In this document: positions 28,898 through 39,090 of the stretch, in pieces
Layout of the letters: the number at the start of each line of letters is the position of its first letter
Numbering within the stretch: the stretch's first letter is position 1
IMG/VR virus record: IMGVR_UViG_3300031652_000001
DNA length: 64,000 nt
Source: a virus
Reading direction: 5' to 3' (one strand)
Position numbers and translations under genes: made by a program
The notes under the pieces: model-generated
The model's input: only the letters and a program-made list of their open reading frames with translations
Databases searched by the model: none
Told to the model about the DNA's origin: nothing

Positions 28898-29283
28898 AGG
28901 ACACGCCGGGAATCGAACCCGGGTCCGAATATCGTCATCGGCATGAATCTTCCACATGCTTGGTCTGTCAATATACCCTCATCTCAATGGCAACAGACAA
29001 CCATCGAAATATTCGTTTCTGGAATATCGCTTTCGCTCGCCACTACTTACGACGTCACTGCATGCATCCCAGAAAATACAGCAGCTATCCTGTTGAAAAT
29101 GACGCCCTTATGCCTACACAGGCACTCGACAATCGGACGGCTCAAGCAGCTATTTCAAACTGTTGAACAGGTGTGTTGTCTCTTTTGGCAACTGTTTTTG
29201 AGCATTCTTTTTAACCCGCTGAATACACAAAGCGGGACATGCTCCACACGGAATCATGATACCCGTCGAATCCAATCGTGCCC
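28898..29283 (-). ncRNA. ssrA: tmRNA; tag peptide AKRDNTPVQQFEIAA* (29189-29142)
   Basis: 5' GGGCACGAUUGGAUUCGAC, G3-U70 acceptor stem, 3' T arm CCGGG-UUCGAUU-CCCGG, tag ending in AA-stop. Confidence 0.93.
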
Positions 29284-29294
29284 ATTTCTGTGCA

Positions 29295-29467
29295 GAGAGC
29301 GGCCAACATACCCAGAGCGGCACGGATACGCTCTGATTTTCATAGTAACCAATTTGTCCAGGGACGGTCTGGTCACAATACTTGTCAGAGCTAAACTCCT
29401 AACACATACCATCCGCCTAAGATGGCAGTGTCGCCGAGGCTGTTCTTTGAATATGTTGACCATTCTC
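29295..29467 (-). ncRNA. Unknown structured RNA (~175 nt) upstream of tmRNA
   Basis: Long closing stem GAGAAUGGUCAACAUA/UAUGUUGGCCGCUCUC with two internal helices. Confidence 0.6.
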
Positions 29468-29476
29468 CACACAGAA

Positions 29477-29532
29477 TTAAATTTCCAAAGAACCTTTTTA
29501 TAGAAATTACTATCCAAAATATAAGCTGTCAA
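29477..29532 (-). promoter_or_regulatory. Promoter plus boxA-like element heading the ncRNA/tmRNA/tRNA transcript
   Basis: TTGACA-17 nt-TAATTT (29532-29504) followed by GGTTCTTTGGAAATTTAA. Confidence 0.65.
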
Positions 29533-29551
29533 CTATTAAGCGAAATCAATT

Positions 29552-30265
29552 TCATATTTCAGATGCACGTTCAAGCTTCTCCGATAAGACCTTCTGAGCT
29601 GTCCTCATAGATTTCGAAGACGAATAATGATTCGGAACATTTTTAAACAACTCATCCCACCCAGCATCAGGATGATCTTTTCGATATTCCTCAATCCTAC
29701 GTCTAACATCCTGTGCAGGTCCTTTACCTTTTAAACACGGCAACCCACCAATACCTCCAGGAACACTACGTCTCATGATTTCTATCAGACTATCTAACCG
29801 CCAATTACAACCCTTTATCTCTTTTATTAATGGCGCCAAAAGCTCTATAACAATTGCCCCATCAACCTTCAATATCCCAATACCCATTTTCTTACATCGT
29901 TCAACCCCCGTTGCTCTCGGCTCGCTCATCACAGCAACATAGGCTTCCTCGGTAATCCCCTTGCAGTGACACCCTTGATATATCAAACCATTGGTCAAAC
30001 TACGTTTCAGTTCAACAGCAATAATCCTATCGGCACCATCCCATCCGATCAGATCTATACCTCGCATCCAATGTCTTGGTGATACTTCAGCGTATGGTTC
30101 GAGCCCCTTCGATCTCAACCAATTTGAGACCGGTTCAGACATCGTTGATTCAAGGAGTTCCAAGCTCTTCTTCCGAAGGGAAGAACTCAATCTCATTATC
30201 GTAGATCGCAAATCTTCCAGGATGAATCTGTCTTCCATTCGCATCGGCCGTCCACTCACAGTCAC
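29552..30265 (-). CDS. PD-(D/E)xK nuclease-like protein
   Basis: IDLIG...IIAVELKRS...Q motif. Confidence 0.6.
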   Translation of the reverse strand: MTVSGRPMRMEDRFILEDLRSTIMRLSSSLRKKSLELLESTMSEPVSNWLRSKGLEPYAEVSPRHWMRGIDLIGWDGADRIIAVELKRSLTNGLIYQGCHCKGITEEAYVAVMSEPRATGVERCKKMGIGILKVDGAIVIELLAPLIKEIKGCNWRLDSLIEIMRRSVPGGIGGLPCLKGKGPAQDVRRRIEEYRKDHPDAGWDELFKNVPNHYSSSKSMRTAQKVLSEKLERASEI

Positions 30266-30827
30266 TACACACCTTCACAGGAAAATCATAGCACAACCAT
30301 GAGCTTCGAAAAACAACACTGAGCGAAGAACAGGCCGGACAATGCCCCCTTGCTTCCGACGACAACAATGCTCCCTCACCAGATACATCTTTGTCTTTTA
30401 CCTCTTTGGCGTTCGAAAACAAAAAATCGCAATATGCCTCAAGACCTTTAAAATCAGTAAACTCAAAGCCCTTTGGTATGCTAATTTTTCGCTTCCGTAC
30501 CAAAGCAGCATATTCCGGAGTAAGAGGATTGAATAAACCACCAGCTTTGTCATGAAGGTGATAGTCCCCAGTTATCACACCACATTTCGAACAATGATTT
30601 GCGTAATAGCTTCTGTTCTGCTTTTTGACATACTTGAACTTGTACATCGGGAACCTAACCGAAACAGCTTCCTTCACAACTTCAGGCATTTCTTCGAGGT
30701 ACCTAAAAATCAAAGGATGATTATGCCGCCAACCTTCCGTTATAACGATAGCAACAGCACGATACCTCTCACCGCACCTCCAACATTGAGTTTCACCATC
30801 AACCAACCATAACTTCTCTTTTGACAT
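30150..30827 (-). CDS. Hypothetical Zn-binding protein
   Basis: CWRC and YYANHCSKCG motifs. Confidence 0.55.
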   Translation of the reverse strand: MSKEKLWLVDGETQCWRCGERYRAVAIVITEGWRHNHPLIFRYLEEMPEVVKEAVSVRFPMYKFKYVKKQNRSYYANHCSKCGVITGDYHLHDKAGGLFNPLTPEYAALVRKRKISIPKGFEFTDFKGLEAYCDFLFSNAKEVKDKDVSGEGALLSSEARGHCPACSSLSVVFRSSWLCYDFPVKVCSDCEWTADANGRQIHPGRFAIYDNEIEFFPSEEELGTP

Positions 30828-30846
30828 CCTATGCCCTCTCTTTCAT

Positions 30847-31164
30847 CTATCTGTCGACTATTCTGAACCCCTCGACTCTGAATCCATGTTCCGACCAGAA
30901 ATATGTAAATTTGTCGAAATTAGGTTTTTCACTACATGAAAAATAATCAACAACAACAAAGTTCTTTTCAGGCCAACTATGCACCGAGGCATGGCTCTCT
31001 GAGAGAATCGCAAAAACAGAAACACCAACTGGATGAAAAAAATACTTTCCAGTCGTCCTGATATGAGCACCCGAAAAATCACAAGCTCCAAAAAGAACTT
31101 CCGAAATCTCATTCTCAGAAATAACACTAGGATCATAATAGGCCCTAAACAATAAATGCTTCAT
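30847..31164 (-). CDS. speD: S-adenosylmethionine decarboxylase proenzyme
   Basis: GVSVFAILSESHASVHSWPE (ES self-cleavage site) and DYFSC. Confidence 0.9.
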   Translation of the reverse strand: MKHLLFRAYYDPSVISENEISEVLFGACDFSGAHIRTTGKYFFHPVGVSVFAILSESHASVHSWPEKNFVVVDYFSCSEKPNFDKFTYFWSEHGFRVEGFRIVDR

Positions 31165-31694
31165 GATCTCCTGAATCCTTTTCCAATGGCGTAAGCTGCC
31201 TCCTCATGCTGACTTCCACGATATGCTTCCTCTCCCCTTAGAATGGCAATCACGCATCCTGAGATAGTACTGAGGAGCCCTCCAAGAGCCCAATATGCAA
31301 GCACCAATAAATAAATCTCCGAAAACTGTTTTCTGATAACCGAATTCAAAACGAAACCGAATAAGATCACAAAAACAAAGAACATCACAACTTCATACTG
31401 CTCAACATGAACATGCTCGTGATACTCCAATTTTGTATCAATTCCATCATCCCCCATCAAATCTAATTGATACCAACCTCCATGTCCCATCGCTCCACCG
31501 GTAATGTTCCCAGCCTTCTTGCACCAAAAAGAATCCTTTGAAATACCCACCCATAACCCATTTTGCCAAACCAGTTTATCACCGAACAACCCCCAAATAA
31601 CCAACACCAATGCCCAGCAAATAAGATCCCCTGGAAGACAGAAAAAATAGACTAATAAGTGTTTCCTCGGAAAATTCGTTTGCTTGATACTCAT
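31161..31694 (-). CDS. Membrane protein with HExxH motif
   Basis: TM helices, YHEHVH and EEAAY. Confidence 0.6.
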   Translation of the reverse strand: MSIKQTNFPRKHLLVYFFCLPGDLICWALVLVIWGLFGDKLVWQNGLWVGISKDSFWCKKAGNITGGAMGHGGWYQLDLMGDDGIDTKLEYHEHVHVEQYEVVMFFVFVILFGFVLNSVIRKQFSEIYLLVLAYWALGGLLSTISGCVIAILRGEEAYRGSQHEEAAYAIGKGFRRS

Positions 31695-32027
31695 AACACA
31701 CCTCTCTGATCCCCTCCCCCGCTTAGGATACTACCGCTTGAAATACTACCATCAGAAAGGAATCTCTTCACTATTTAAGCATCTCTTCTTTAAGTTTTTC
31801 ACAACGCTCTTCCGCCTCAACAATTGTGTCCAACAACCTTATCAACGACTTATCAAAAGCATCTGTCCTATGGGGATACCGAAAACGGTCTTGGAGTCGA
31901 CGCCTGATCTGACAAAGCTCATCTTCAGTGTTCGTAATCCCCTCTATCCAAATCCTAATGTCTTTATCCTTGCTTTCCATAACCAAAAATTATCACGCTA
32001 TTTACTCTGAAATCAAGTTCGCTTTTA

Positions 32028-32069
32028 AAAAAAAAGAGGGGAGTCGATTCGGCTGAAAAGACTCCCCTG
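32028..32069 (-). terminator. Rho-independent terminator
   Basis: AGGGGAGTC...GACTCCCCT stem followed by a U-run. Confidence 0.65.
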
Positions 32070-32476
32070 TCTCATGTCATGTGTTTCCATTAAAAAATTC
32101 CTCCAATGTATCCCCTCATTAAGTGAATGTGGACCTATTACGAATCATCCATTTAGGCTTCCGTAGATACCGACCACGCTTAAACTGCCTATCGCAAAAA
32201 CCGCATTCAACTTCCCTCAGCAAACTATGTTTGTATCGACATGGAGGCTGATCAATGGTCACGCATTTTTCATCATCCAAATCCTCCACACATCTAAAAC
32301 CAACAATCGTACAGTCCGTCGTTGACGAAATATCATACTCCATACCAGTATCGTCTGATTCTACGACGACAAGGTAAACCGTTGGAATATGTATATAAGC
32401 TGGTATCATTGTTTTAGATTGAAACTTTCGAGTCTACTGAGTGCCCATTCAATCCCGTAGTGCAACCACTTTCACA

Positions 32477-32920
32477 TTATAGTCGCCACAGAATAGGACG
32501 GTTTATTTCGGGGCGGTTTTCGCTTTCAGTAGTAATTGAGTAAATATTCTCACCGTACGAAAAACAAAAACAAAGAAGAATTGCGTTTCGTTGTCCGTCG
32601 GTAATCGTCGTCCAATGGCTGCCCTCCATGACCTGTATATTTTGGTGATCCATATAAAAGTTCATAAAATTTACATCAACACTGGAGGTTGCAACAATCC
32701 GTATGATATTGCCGAAATCGACCACCTCCTGATTCTCCACTGACTCGAAATCGTTGTTCAGTAGTCCATCCGGCGCAGCCATCGCTTTGACGCCTTCATT
32801 TTGACTGTCGACCTGTTGTACCTCCACATCATCAATGTCGGGAACCACCTCCGAAGATAGGGCTACCGCCGACACCGAGATAAAGAGAAGGAACAACAGC
32901 AACACCACACTTTTTTTCAT
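32477..32920 (-). CDS. Secreted hypothetical protein
   Basis: Signal peptide MKKSVVLLLFLL...AVA. Confidence 0.6.
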   Translation of the reverse strand: MKKSVVLLLFLLFISVSAVALSSEVVPDIDDVEVQQVDSQNEGVKAMAAPDGLLNNDFESVENQEVVDFGNIIRIVATSSVDVNFMNFYMDHQNIQVMEGSHWTTITDGQRNAILLCFCFSYGENIYSITTESENRPEINRPILWRL

Positions 32921-33276
32921 GTCCTTATCCTTTCCCTATTTGGCCACCATTTGACCTTAGATCCAACTGCTTTGCAGGTGGGTTTCTGTCCCTTGGATTG
33001 AAGCTCTTGCTCACAAAGTGCTTTGTCTACGATAGCCGACGTCCTCTTCCGATGAGCTATCATATCATCCTCTGTGACTACACCACAGATACACATCTTT
33101 GGTTGCCCTTCAGCGTATCTCTGTTCCCACAGCTTCATAGGATCCACATTCTTTGAGAATAACCATTTCAAGTATACAAAAATCGTCATAAGCTTAACGG
33201 TAGAATAATTCACAAAAACTGTCCAGCTTTTGCACAAAAATATTAAGATATAATCGTCTTTATCTACCAAACTCAT
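32917..33276 (-). CDS. Hypothetical protein
   Basis: ATGA-coupled ORF. Confidence 0.55.
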   Translation of the reverse strand: MSLVDKDDYILIFLCKSWTVFVNYSTVKLMTIFVYLKWLFSKNVDPMKLWEQRYAEGQPKMCICGVVTEDDMIAHRKRTSAIVDKALCEQELQSKGQKPTCKAVGSKVKWWPNRERIRT

Positions 33277-33683
33277 AGATCATCAAACCCGCCGATCACA
33301 CGAATTCGGTTTCCACTCTCTTTTTTATTCAATTTTTTGAAAAACTCACCCCCTTTGGTGAAGAAACGTACCAACCGTTTAACAGCCTCCTCCTCGGCAG
33401 AATCACGGTCAAAAAAGACATCATCAAAGTCTATAAGAAAACAACAATCCTTAGTCTCGAAAACCGCACCATTAACATCAGACCAATAATTCATCGATGA
33501 TCCAACCCCCACCAACATTGAAAAATCAGGATCATCAGAACAGACCATTTCCCTGAATCTATCAACCCAACCATCACCATTCTTTTCACTGATCACAGTC
33601 GGAAACAATAAAAAGAACAACTCATCAAGATCTTCATCATCTCCCTTTTCAGTGGCCTTTACATAAAATTCATCCTTCGTCAT
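33273..33683 (-). CDS. Hypothetical protein
   Basis: ATGA-coupled ORF. Confidence 0.6.
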   Translation of the reverse strand: MTKDEFYVKATEKGDDEDLDELFFLLFPTVISEKNGDGWVDRFREMVCSDDPDFSMLVGVGSSMNYWSDVNGAVFETKDCCFLIDFDDVFFDRDSAEEEAVKRLVRFFTKGGEFFKKLNKKESGNRIRVIGGFDDL

Positions 33684-34291
33684 TTCATTCTCTCCTTGAT
33701 CTCACCAATAGTTGAGATAACACTCCTCTTGACAAAATCATAATTTAGAACTGATTCAGGCAACAAACTGCCATCTCCGAGCTGATAAATCCATTCCTCT
33801 CGGCGCCCACTCCAAGCCCTTATTCTCGCAATTTCATGAAGCCCCGTATGCTTGCACACAACAAGGACTTCAAATGCTTTGGTATCATCTTTTAGTCCAA
33901 AAATTTCAAGCTCACTGAACAGCAATTTCTCAAGCTCAACCGTCTTCGAAACAGGAAATTCAGCCTTCGATTTCACCTCAACATTGCGCCACATTGAAGT
34001 ATTAGAAATCCCAATAAATATTCTGTCACCACTCTCTTCTGTGTCAAAGACGACCTTAAATCTATTCATCAAAACACCAAGAATCGGCTTTCTCCCTGCC
34101 AACGAATCATTTGTAGCCTTCTCAGTAAAAACAAAATCGTTAACCGTCCACAAAGCTATCACGACAGGAAAAACTCCCATACCAACAACCACACAATCAA
34201 TCGGTCGAGCCTCTTCAGCATGAAACCTACCGGCCTCCTTCAGAATACGGACCAAAATCCTTCTTGCATGAACCACTACATCATCAAACAT
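33680..34291 (-). CDS. Hypothetical protein
   Basis: Coupled ORF. Confidence 0.6.
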   Translation of the reverse strand: MFDDVVVHARRILVRILKEAGRFHAEEARPIDCVVVGMGVFPVVIALWTVNDFVFTEKATNDSLAGRKPILGVLMNRFKVVFDTEESGDRIFIGISNTSMWRNVEVKSKAEFPVSKTVELEKLLFSELEIFGLKDDTKAFEVLVVCKHTGLHEIARIRAWSGRREEWIYQLGDGSLLPESVLNYDFVKRSVISTIGEIKERMK

Positions 34292-34493
34292 CTTTTCCTC
34301 GTTTTGACTTGTAATCTGTAGCGTACCAACCAGATCCCTTCAAAAGAAAATCAGTTTTAGGAACAATCCTTTTCGCTATACCATCACAGTCGTGATACTG
34401 ACATTCAACTTCCTTTGGCTGAGGTTCTGTCGTTCTGAATAAGACCTCAAAAGTACGCAAACACTTTTCACATCGATAATCCCTCAACGGCAT
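34284..34493 (-). CDS. FmdB-family zinc ribbon protein
   Basis: MPLRDYRCEKC...FLLKGSGWYATDY. Confidence 0.85.
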   Translation of the reverse strand: MPLRDYRCEKCLRTFEVLFRTTEPQPKEVECQYHDCDGIAKRIVPKTDFLLKGSGWYATDYKSKRGKDV

Positions 34494-35076
34494 CTATCTA
34501 CTCCACCAATTAAACGTAACCATCTTTCCCAACCGATCTCTCCAGCTCCCGAATAACAAACCCCTCGGTCTCTTTATTGACGTCGCTATCTTCCTCAATA
34601 GAAACATCCTCCTCATCCTCCTCCTTCTGACGCCTATCCATCTCTTCACGGTATTTTTTCTCAAGGGTGAAATAACTTCTTGGCCATCCCCCTGCTCAGA
34701 GTTTCACTCCTCTTCAAGATTTCTTCTTCGATAGAAGCCATAACCTCAAGAATCTTATGGATATGAGATTCACGTTTGGCTTTTTCCTGAGAATCAAACC
34801 TTTCACCGGTAAGAGACGCATATACCGTAATTCTTTCCGCCAAAAACGTATATTTAGGCATCAAATTCACCAGTTCCTTCCCTCATTACATCATCGACCA
34901 TTATGGAGACATGCCCTAGGAGCTCCTCAGCCTTCTCAAGGACGAGTAAAGCACCAGCAGTAAGCTCACCATGGGCATTCGCTTTATGGTACTCTACAAT
35001 AGCTTTAATAAGTCTCCTGCTAGCATCCAAGTATTCCTTTGCACAATCCCCAACTCTTTGCTTCAACAAAAACTTA

Positions 35077-35472
35077 TTATCCGTCGTCATCGGGATCCAT
35101 CCCAAACCCAAACACATCACTCATTGTCTTCTTGAAAACATCTCTATGTATTTTTTCAATTTCCGGATCTGAACCCATCACAAAACAATCAAAAAACAAA
35201 TCAAAAATCGTCGCATTCACATAAGATTGACCTTGTGACGCTTTCTTAGACCCCCCCTGATGTCTTTCCATCCATCCATTCCTGATAGCCTCCTTTATAA
35301 CCGAATGAGCTTCAGAAAGCCTCTTGAACTTCTCTGCACAATCTTTGTCACCTGGATTACGATCTGGATGAACATCAAATGACAATTTCCGATATACCCT
35401 CTCAATCTCACGTTCCTTCGTACCGCGTTCAATCCCGAATACAGACAAAGCCTCATCTAATCCCATCCCCAT
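35077..35472 (-). CDS. DnaJ (J-domain) protein
   Basis: YRKL...HPDRNPGD...FKRLSEA. Confidence 0.88.
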   Translation of the reverse strand: MGMGLDEALSVFGIERGTKEREIERVYRKLSFDVHPDRNPGDKDCAEKFKRLSEAHSVIKEAIRNGWMERHQGGSKKASQGQSYVNATIFDLFFDCFVMGSDPEIEKIHRDVFKKTMSDVFGFGMDPDDDG

Positions 35473-35475
35473 GTC

Positions 35476-35718
35476 TCAAATACCCGTCAAGGCGCCAAGG
35501 CTACTAATAAACATCTCGTGGGCCATCCGTTTAGCCTTCATCTTCAGTGCAGCAACACCGGTATGAACCTGTAATCTCATACCTGCATATTCCGATGGAG
35601 AAAGTCCCCTCTTCATCTCGGTATCTTTTACGATCGCCAAAATTGCATCAATCTGAGGTTGTATCTCATCCATAATATCATTGTAGTAGGCATCCTCACC
35701 TTTTATCCCAGTACTCAT
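35476..35718 (-). CDS. Hypothetical protein
   Basis: Coupled ORF. Confidence 0.55.
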   Translation of the reverse strand: MSTGIKGEDAYYNDIMDEIQPQIDAILAIVKDTEMKRGLSPSEYAGMRLQVHTGVAALKMKAKRMAHEMFISSLGALTGI

Positions 35719-36173
35719 TTTTCACCTTTACCCCACCACCGAACAAACACTTTTGCCCGCTCCCCATAACCAGTATAGTTCGAATGATGGACATACTTAT
35801 TACTTCGTAAAATGCCCTCAGCTCTCAAAAGTGGCAAAACTGCTTTCTGAACAAAAAGCTTTACTCTCCACTCCCAGTTCACAGAACACCTGGTGTTGCA
35901 CATTTTATCGCCAGTCAAAAACAAAAAAATCAAGTGCTGCTTTGAAGCAATCAAACCCTCCAACCAACCTTCTGGAGAAAAATTCGCAAGATCCATCTCC
36001 GGTGGAATCTTTAAAAGCCTCGATTCATCCTTTATGATATCCGGCCACTTCGACGGATCTCCACTCCACTCATCAACTTCCGAAGGAGCAACATATAAAT
36101 CACTGTCTCCAGTACTCTTGACCTTCTCTTCTGTTTTTTTCGAAAAAAGACCAAGCTGCTCCATCTTACCCAT
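35715..36173 (-). CDS. Hypothetical protein
   Basis: Coupled ORF. Confidence 0.55.
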   Translation of the reverse strand: MGKMEQLGLFSKKTEEKVKSTGDSDLYVAPSEVDEWSGDPSKWPDIIKDESRLLKIPPEMDLANFSPEGWLEGLIASKQHLIFLFLTGDKMCNTRCSVNWEWRVKLFVQKAVLPLLRAEGILRSNKYVHHSNYTGYGERAKVFVRWWGKGEK

Positions 36174-36188
36174 CCGTTTAATGTCGAG

Positions 36189-36767
36189 TTATGTATGAAC
36201 TCGATTTCGTTTATTCTTGACCCATTTCCTCTCAAAGTCAAGAATATTTACAGGCTTCGTATCAGCTTTATTCATCAAGTAGAGAGGATGCTTCGGCTGT
36301 CCCATATCAGTCATACTGAAATAACACATCGGTTTCTTCATATCCCAAAGCATCTTTATTACCTGTTCCCCTCTGCCCCTATACATACCATGGTTTCCCC
36401 AAGCCAAAACAATCTTACCAAAATTATCATCAGAATAAATCAGTGGATTATCTGGACCTATTGGATCTCTTTCTTTGTACAACGCTCCCGGATCAGTGGA
36501 TCGCAAAGAAAAAATATTCCTCACTTCCATCCATCCATATCCCCACCTCGTTGCAAATCCTATGCACCTTCTCACAGTAGGATCTTCTTTCTCATCATCA
36601 GCCGTAGAAGGATTCAACATAATAAACAGAATTCCCGGCAATCGCCGATCCCACTCCCGAAACAATCTCGAACGATACCTGTTGCACTTAGAGAATTCAG
36701 CCCCACGCTTTATCTCTCGCATCACATCTTCGATGCTCCATTTTAAATCCATATTTGGGAGCAACAT
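36189..36767 (-). CDS. DUF1643 domain protein
   Basis: FIMLNPSTAD...DPTVRRC...AWG...PKHPLY. Confidence 0.9.
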   Translation of the reverse strand: MLLPNMDLKWSIEDVMREIKRGAEFSKCNRYRSRLFREWDRRLPGILFIMLNPSTADDEKEDPTVRRCIGFATRWGYGWMEVRNIFSLRSTDPGALYKERDPIGPDNPLIYSDDNFGKIVLAWGNHGMYRGRGEQVIKMLWDMKKPMCYFSMTDMGQPKHPLYLMNKADTKPVNILDFERKWVKNKRNRVHT

Positions 36768-36829
36768 GACTTATCTCTTTTCTCTGACGTTACAGGAATT
36801 TCAACTTTCCTGTATACGGATTAAAAACT

Positions 36830-37282
36830 TCACCCGTGGCCATCAGAATCATCCTTCGAACGGGAAACAACAACATCTGATGGAGGACTCCCATCTTTGA
36901 CATTGAACGTCATCAACGAATAATCATCGCAAACCTGATTGTCTTTCACCGTTCCATATCCGACAGAGCCACATGAAATCTCTTTTTTAACACCAACAAG
37001 AGCCAATAAAGCATCACCCTTTACGGTGCCACGAATTATTCGTATTTCACCCATTACCCTGTCACCATCTATCCATGCCCTTACAACCTGATGAGAAACA
37101 TCAACAAGTCGAAGCTTACCATTAAACTGACTCTCAAGAGTGCCAAGGACAGAAGGCTGCCCTTGAGCAAACCTTCTGTCGATGGCTTCTTGCATCGTAC
37201 TTTTACGGATCGTCCAGCCCTGTGATGTCGGCCTATCGACAACTCCAAGTTGTACCGTCAATGTATCCTCTTTCCCCATCAA
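36830..37282 (-). CDS. T4 gp21-like prohead protease paralog
   Basis: VLGTLE...L.DVSHQV...WIDGDRVMG...T.KG...SCGSVGYG...DY.LMTF matches the gp21 (peptidase U9) motif order. Confidence 0.65.
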   Translation of the reverse strand: MMGKEDTLTVQLGVVDRPTSQGWTIRKSTMQEAIDRRFAQGQPSVLGTLESQFNGKLRLVDVSHQVVRAWIDGDRVMGEIRIIRGTVKGDALLALVGVKKEISCGSVGYGTVKDNQVCDDYSLMTFNVKDGSPPSDVVVSRSKDDSDGHG

Positions 37283-37724
37283 AAAATTCTCCTTTTCGCT
37301 GTCTTCATGAAATAGTTTTGTTCTCCAAATATCTCATCCATAAAGCCACGATCATTCGGACTCGGAAGACCCTCCCCATAATCCGTATCATCCGACGGTC
37401 TATTCATGTCCGCCAAAATCTTCTTCTTCTCTTCTCCCGTCATTGCCGCAGAACACTTCCTCAGTTTCTCCATTGTCGTCGTTCTCCTCGTTTTCAGCCT
37501 GGTATTTACAGAGCCCCCATTTGGCTCCACAAATATCGGACTCGTGATAATGTACACACACCCCATCGGCCGTAACCTCACCACCAGAACAGATTTTATC
37601 CATCGCGCTTGACGTCGAAGCCAAACACAACTTTGCCTTCACCTCCCCACCTATCAGGACATCCTTCCATAGCGGCTTAAGGCCAATTCTATCAGTGTGC
37701 TCAGTCATGCCTTGAGTAAGATTA

Positions 37725-38003
37725 TCACCGCTTCAGAGACTTCTCAAGAATGTAGTCACCAAGTAAACAACCATCGGCATTAAATCGACCACAAGGACTA
37801 TCCTCAAACCAATCAAAGTGATGAACTTTGCAAGAATAGTTCCCAGGTTTGTCGCCTTCAAGATGAGGACATTTTTCTTCTAGGGTATTTATTGACTTGA
37901 CGTTTCCCTCTTCATACCCAATTTCAGGATCAACAATTATCGACACCAAATATTTGGTACAGCAATATCCACAACGAACACATGGTTTGCGTTTGATACT
38001 CAT
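37725..38003 (-). CDS. YkgJ/FliB-type cysteine-cluster protein
   Basis: CxxCGxCC...CPHL...C..H...C. Confidence 0.7.
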   Translation of the reverse strand: MSIKRKPCVRCGYCCTKYLVSIIVDPEIGYEEGNVKSINTLEEKCPHLEGDKPGNYSCKVHHFDWFEDSPCGRFNADGCLLGDYILEKSLKR

Positions 38004-38389
38004 TTTTCAATAGCTTCTTTTGTCTTCTCAAGAATGGAAACAAAGTCTCTATGTCGCCAACACCATATTTCTTTTTTTGTCGACACCAATATCATCCTAA
38101 GCAATTCATCAACCCTATCAACAGTCTTCAAATATCGAACAGCCTCCTCAACACTTTCGCATGACATCGTCATCCATCCTGTATTAGGACTACCGAATAC
38201 AGGACGAGCCTCAATATTCCGAACACCAGGAGATAGTTCACCCTTCTTTTCAATATAGCCAATCAATGCATTATTCAGAACGGCTCTCACCTCCTTATCT
38301 TCTTTTTTGCCTTCAAAACGACGAAACAGTTTCACACCAAGGATTTCTTCAGTCATCATCCTATCCTCAAAATAGCCAACAGAAATCAC
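38000..38389 (-). CDS. Hypothetical protein
   Basis: Coupled ORF; start uncertain. Confidence 0.55.
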   Translation of the reverse strand: MISVGYFEDRMMTEEILGVKLFRRFEGKKEDKEVRAVLNNALIGYIEKKGELSPGVRNIEARPVFGSPNTGWMTMSCESVEEAVRYLKTVDRVDELLRMILVSTKKEIWCWRHRDFVSILEKTKEAIEK

Positions 38390-38427
38390 AACACTTCGAT
38401 CAGCCCATCACCATCATAGTTTTCCGC

Positions 38428-39090
38428 TTACTCTGAAAGAACACGCCTGCCAGTACGAATCCGTCGATAGTTGGCACCAGCTCCACCCCATGCATTGAAA
38501 AAGTTATGCTTTTGAACACGGTTTTTAAAAAACCGTGGGAGAGCACCATCTTTCAATGCCTGAGAAACGAGACCGTAAAAAACAGCCCTCAGTAGGGTAC
38601 TACTTTTCTTTTTCTCATCATACTCGATAGTGTTATTATAGCTCGGATCCAACATCGACGAAACGAGCCGATACCCAAGTATCCCACGCGCAATTCTGTC
38701 GCTCCATTTCCTTGCTTTGACGTCTTCTGGTGTACACATGCAGTAGGCATATCTGTAGGTGTGCTTAGGCGAAACTGTCTCCAAAGCAAACGCGATACCG
38801 ATGGAGAAATCGCTTCCGTATATCACAAACATCCTCACAGTGTCGGCTGCCAATTCGTCGCAGCTCAGATACTGCCGACCGATCTCTTGCTCCCTCAAAA
38901 ACCTCTCTCGCTCGAAGGACTTCGCCGCCGACAATAAAATTCTTTCCTTCAAAGAATTAACGTTTCCGAGGTTGTTCGCCTTGTTGACGATCTCAGTAAC
39001 CTTCTTATCGACTCTGATACCCATACTTTTCTGCACTTCATTGCACCATTCAGTATGGGTCTTCATCAACTGTTTCATTTTATCCGTCAT
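38428..39090 (-). CDS. Hypothetical protein
   Basis: ATGA-coupled ORF. Confidence 0.6.
   Translation of the reverse strand: MTDKMKQLMKTHTEWCNEVQKSMGIRVDKKVTEIVNKANNLGNVNSLKERILLSAAKSFERERFLREQEIGRQYLSCDELAADTVRMFVIYGSDFSIGIAFALETVSPKHTYRYAYCMCTPEDVKARKWSDRIARGILGYRLVSSMLDPSYNNTIEYDEKKKSSTLLRAVFYGLVSQALKDGALPRFFKNRVQKHNFFNAWGGAGANYRRIRTGRRVLSE

Noticed and set aside
28404-29532. ORFs 28404-28694, 28895-29503 and 29254-29532
   Set aside because: They overlap the tRNA-like RNA, tmRNA and the structured RNA, and have no protein motifs.
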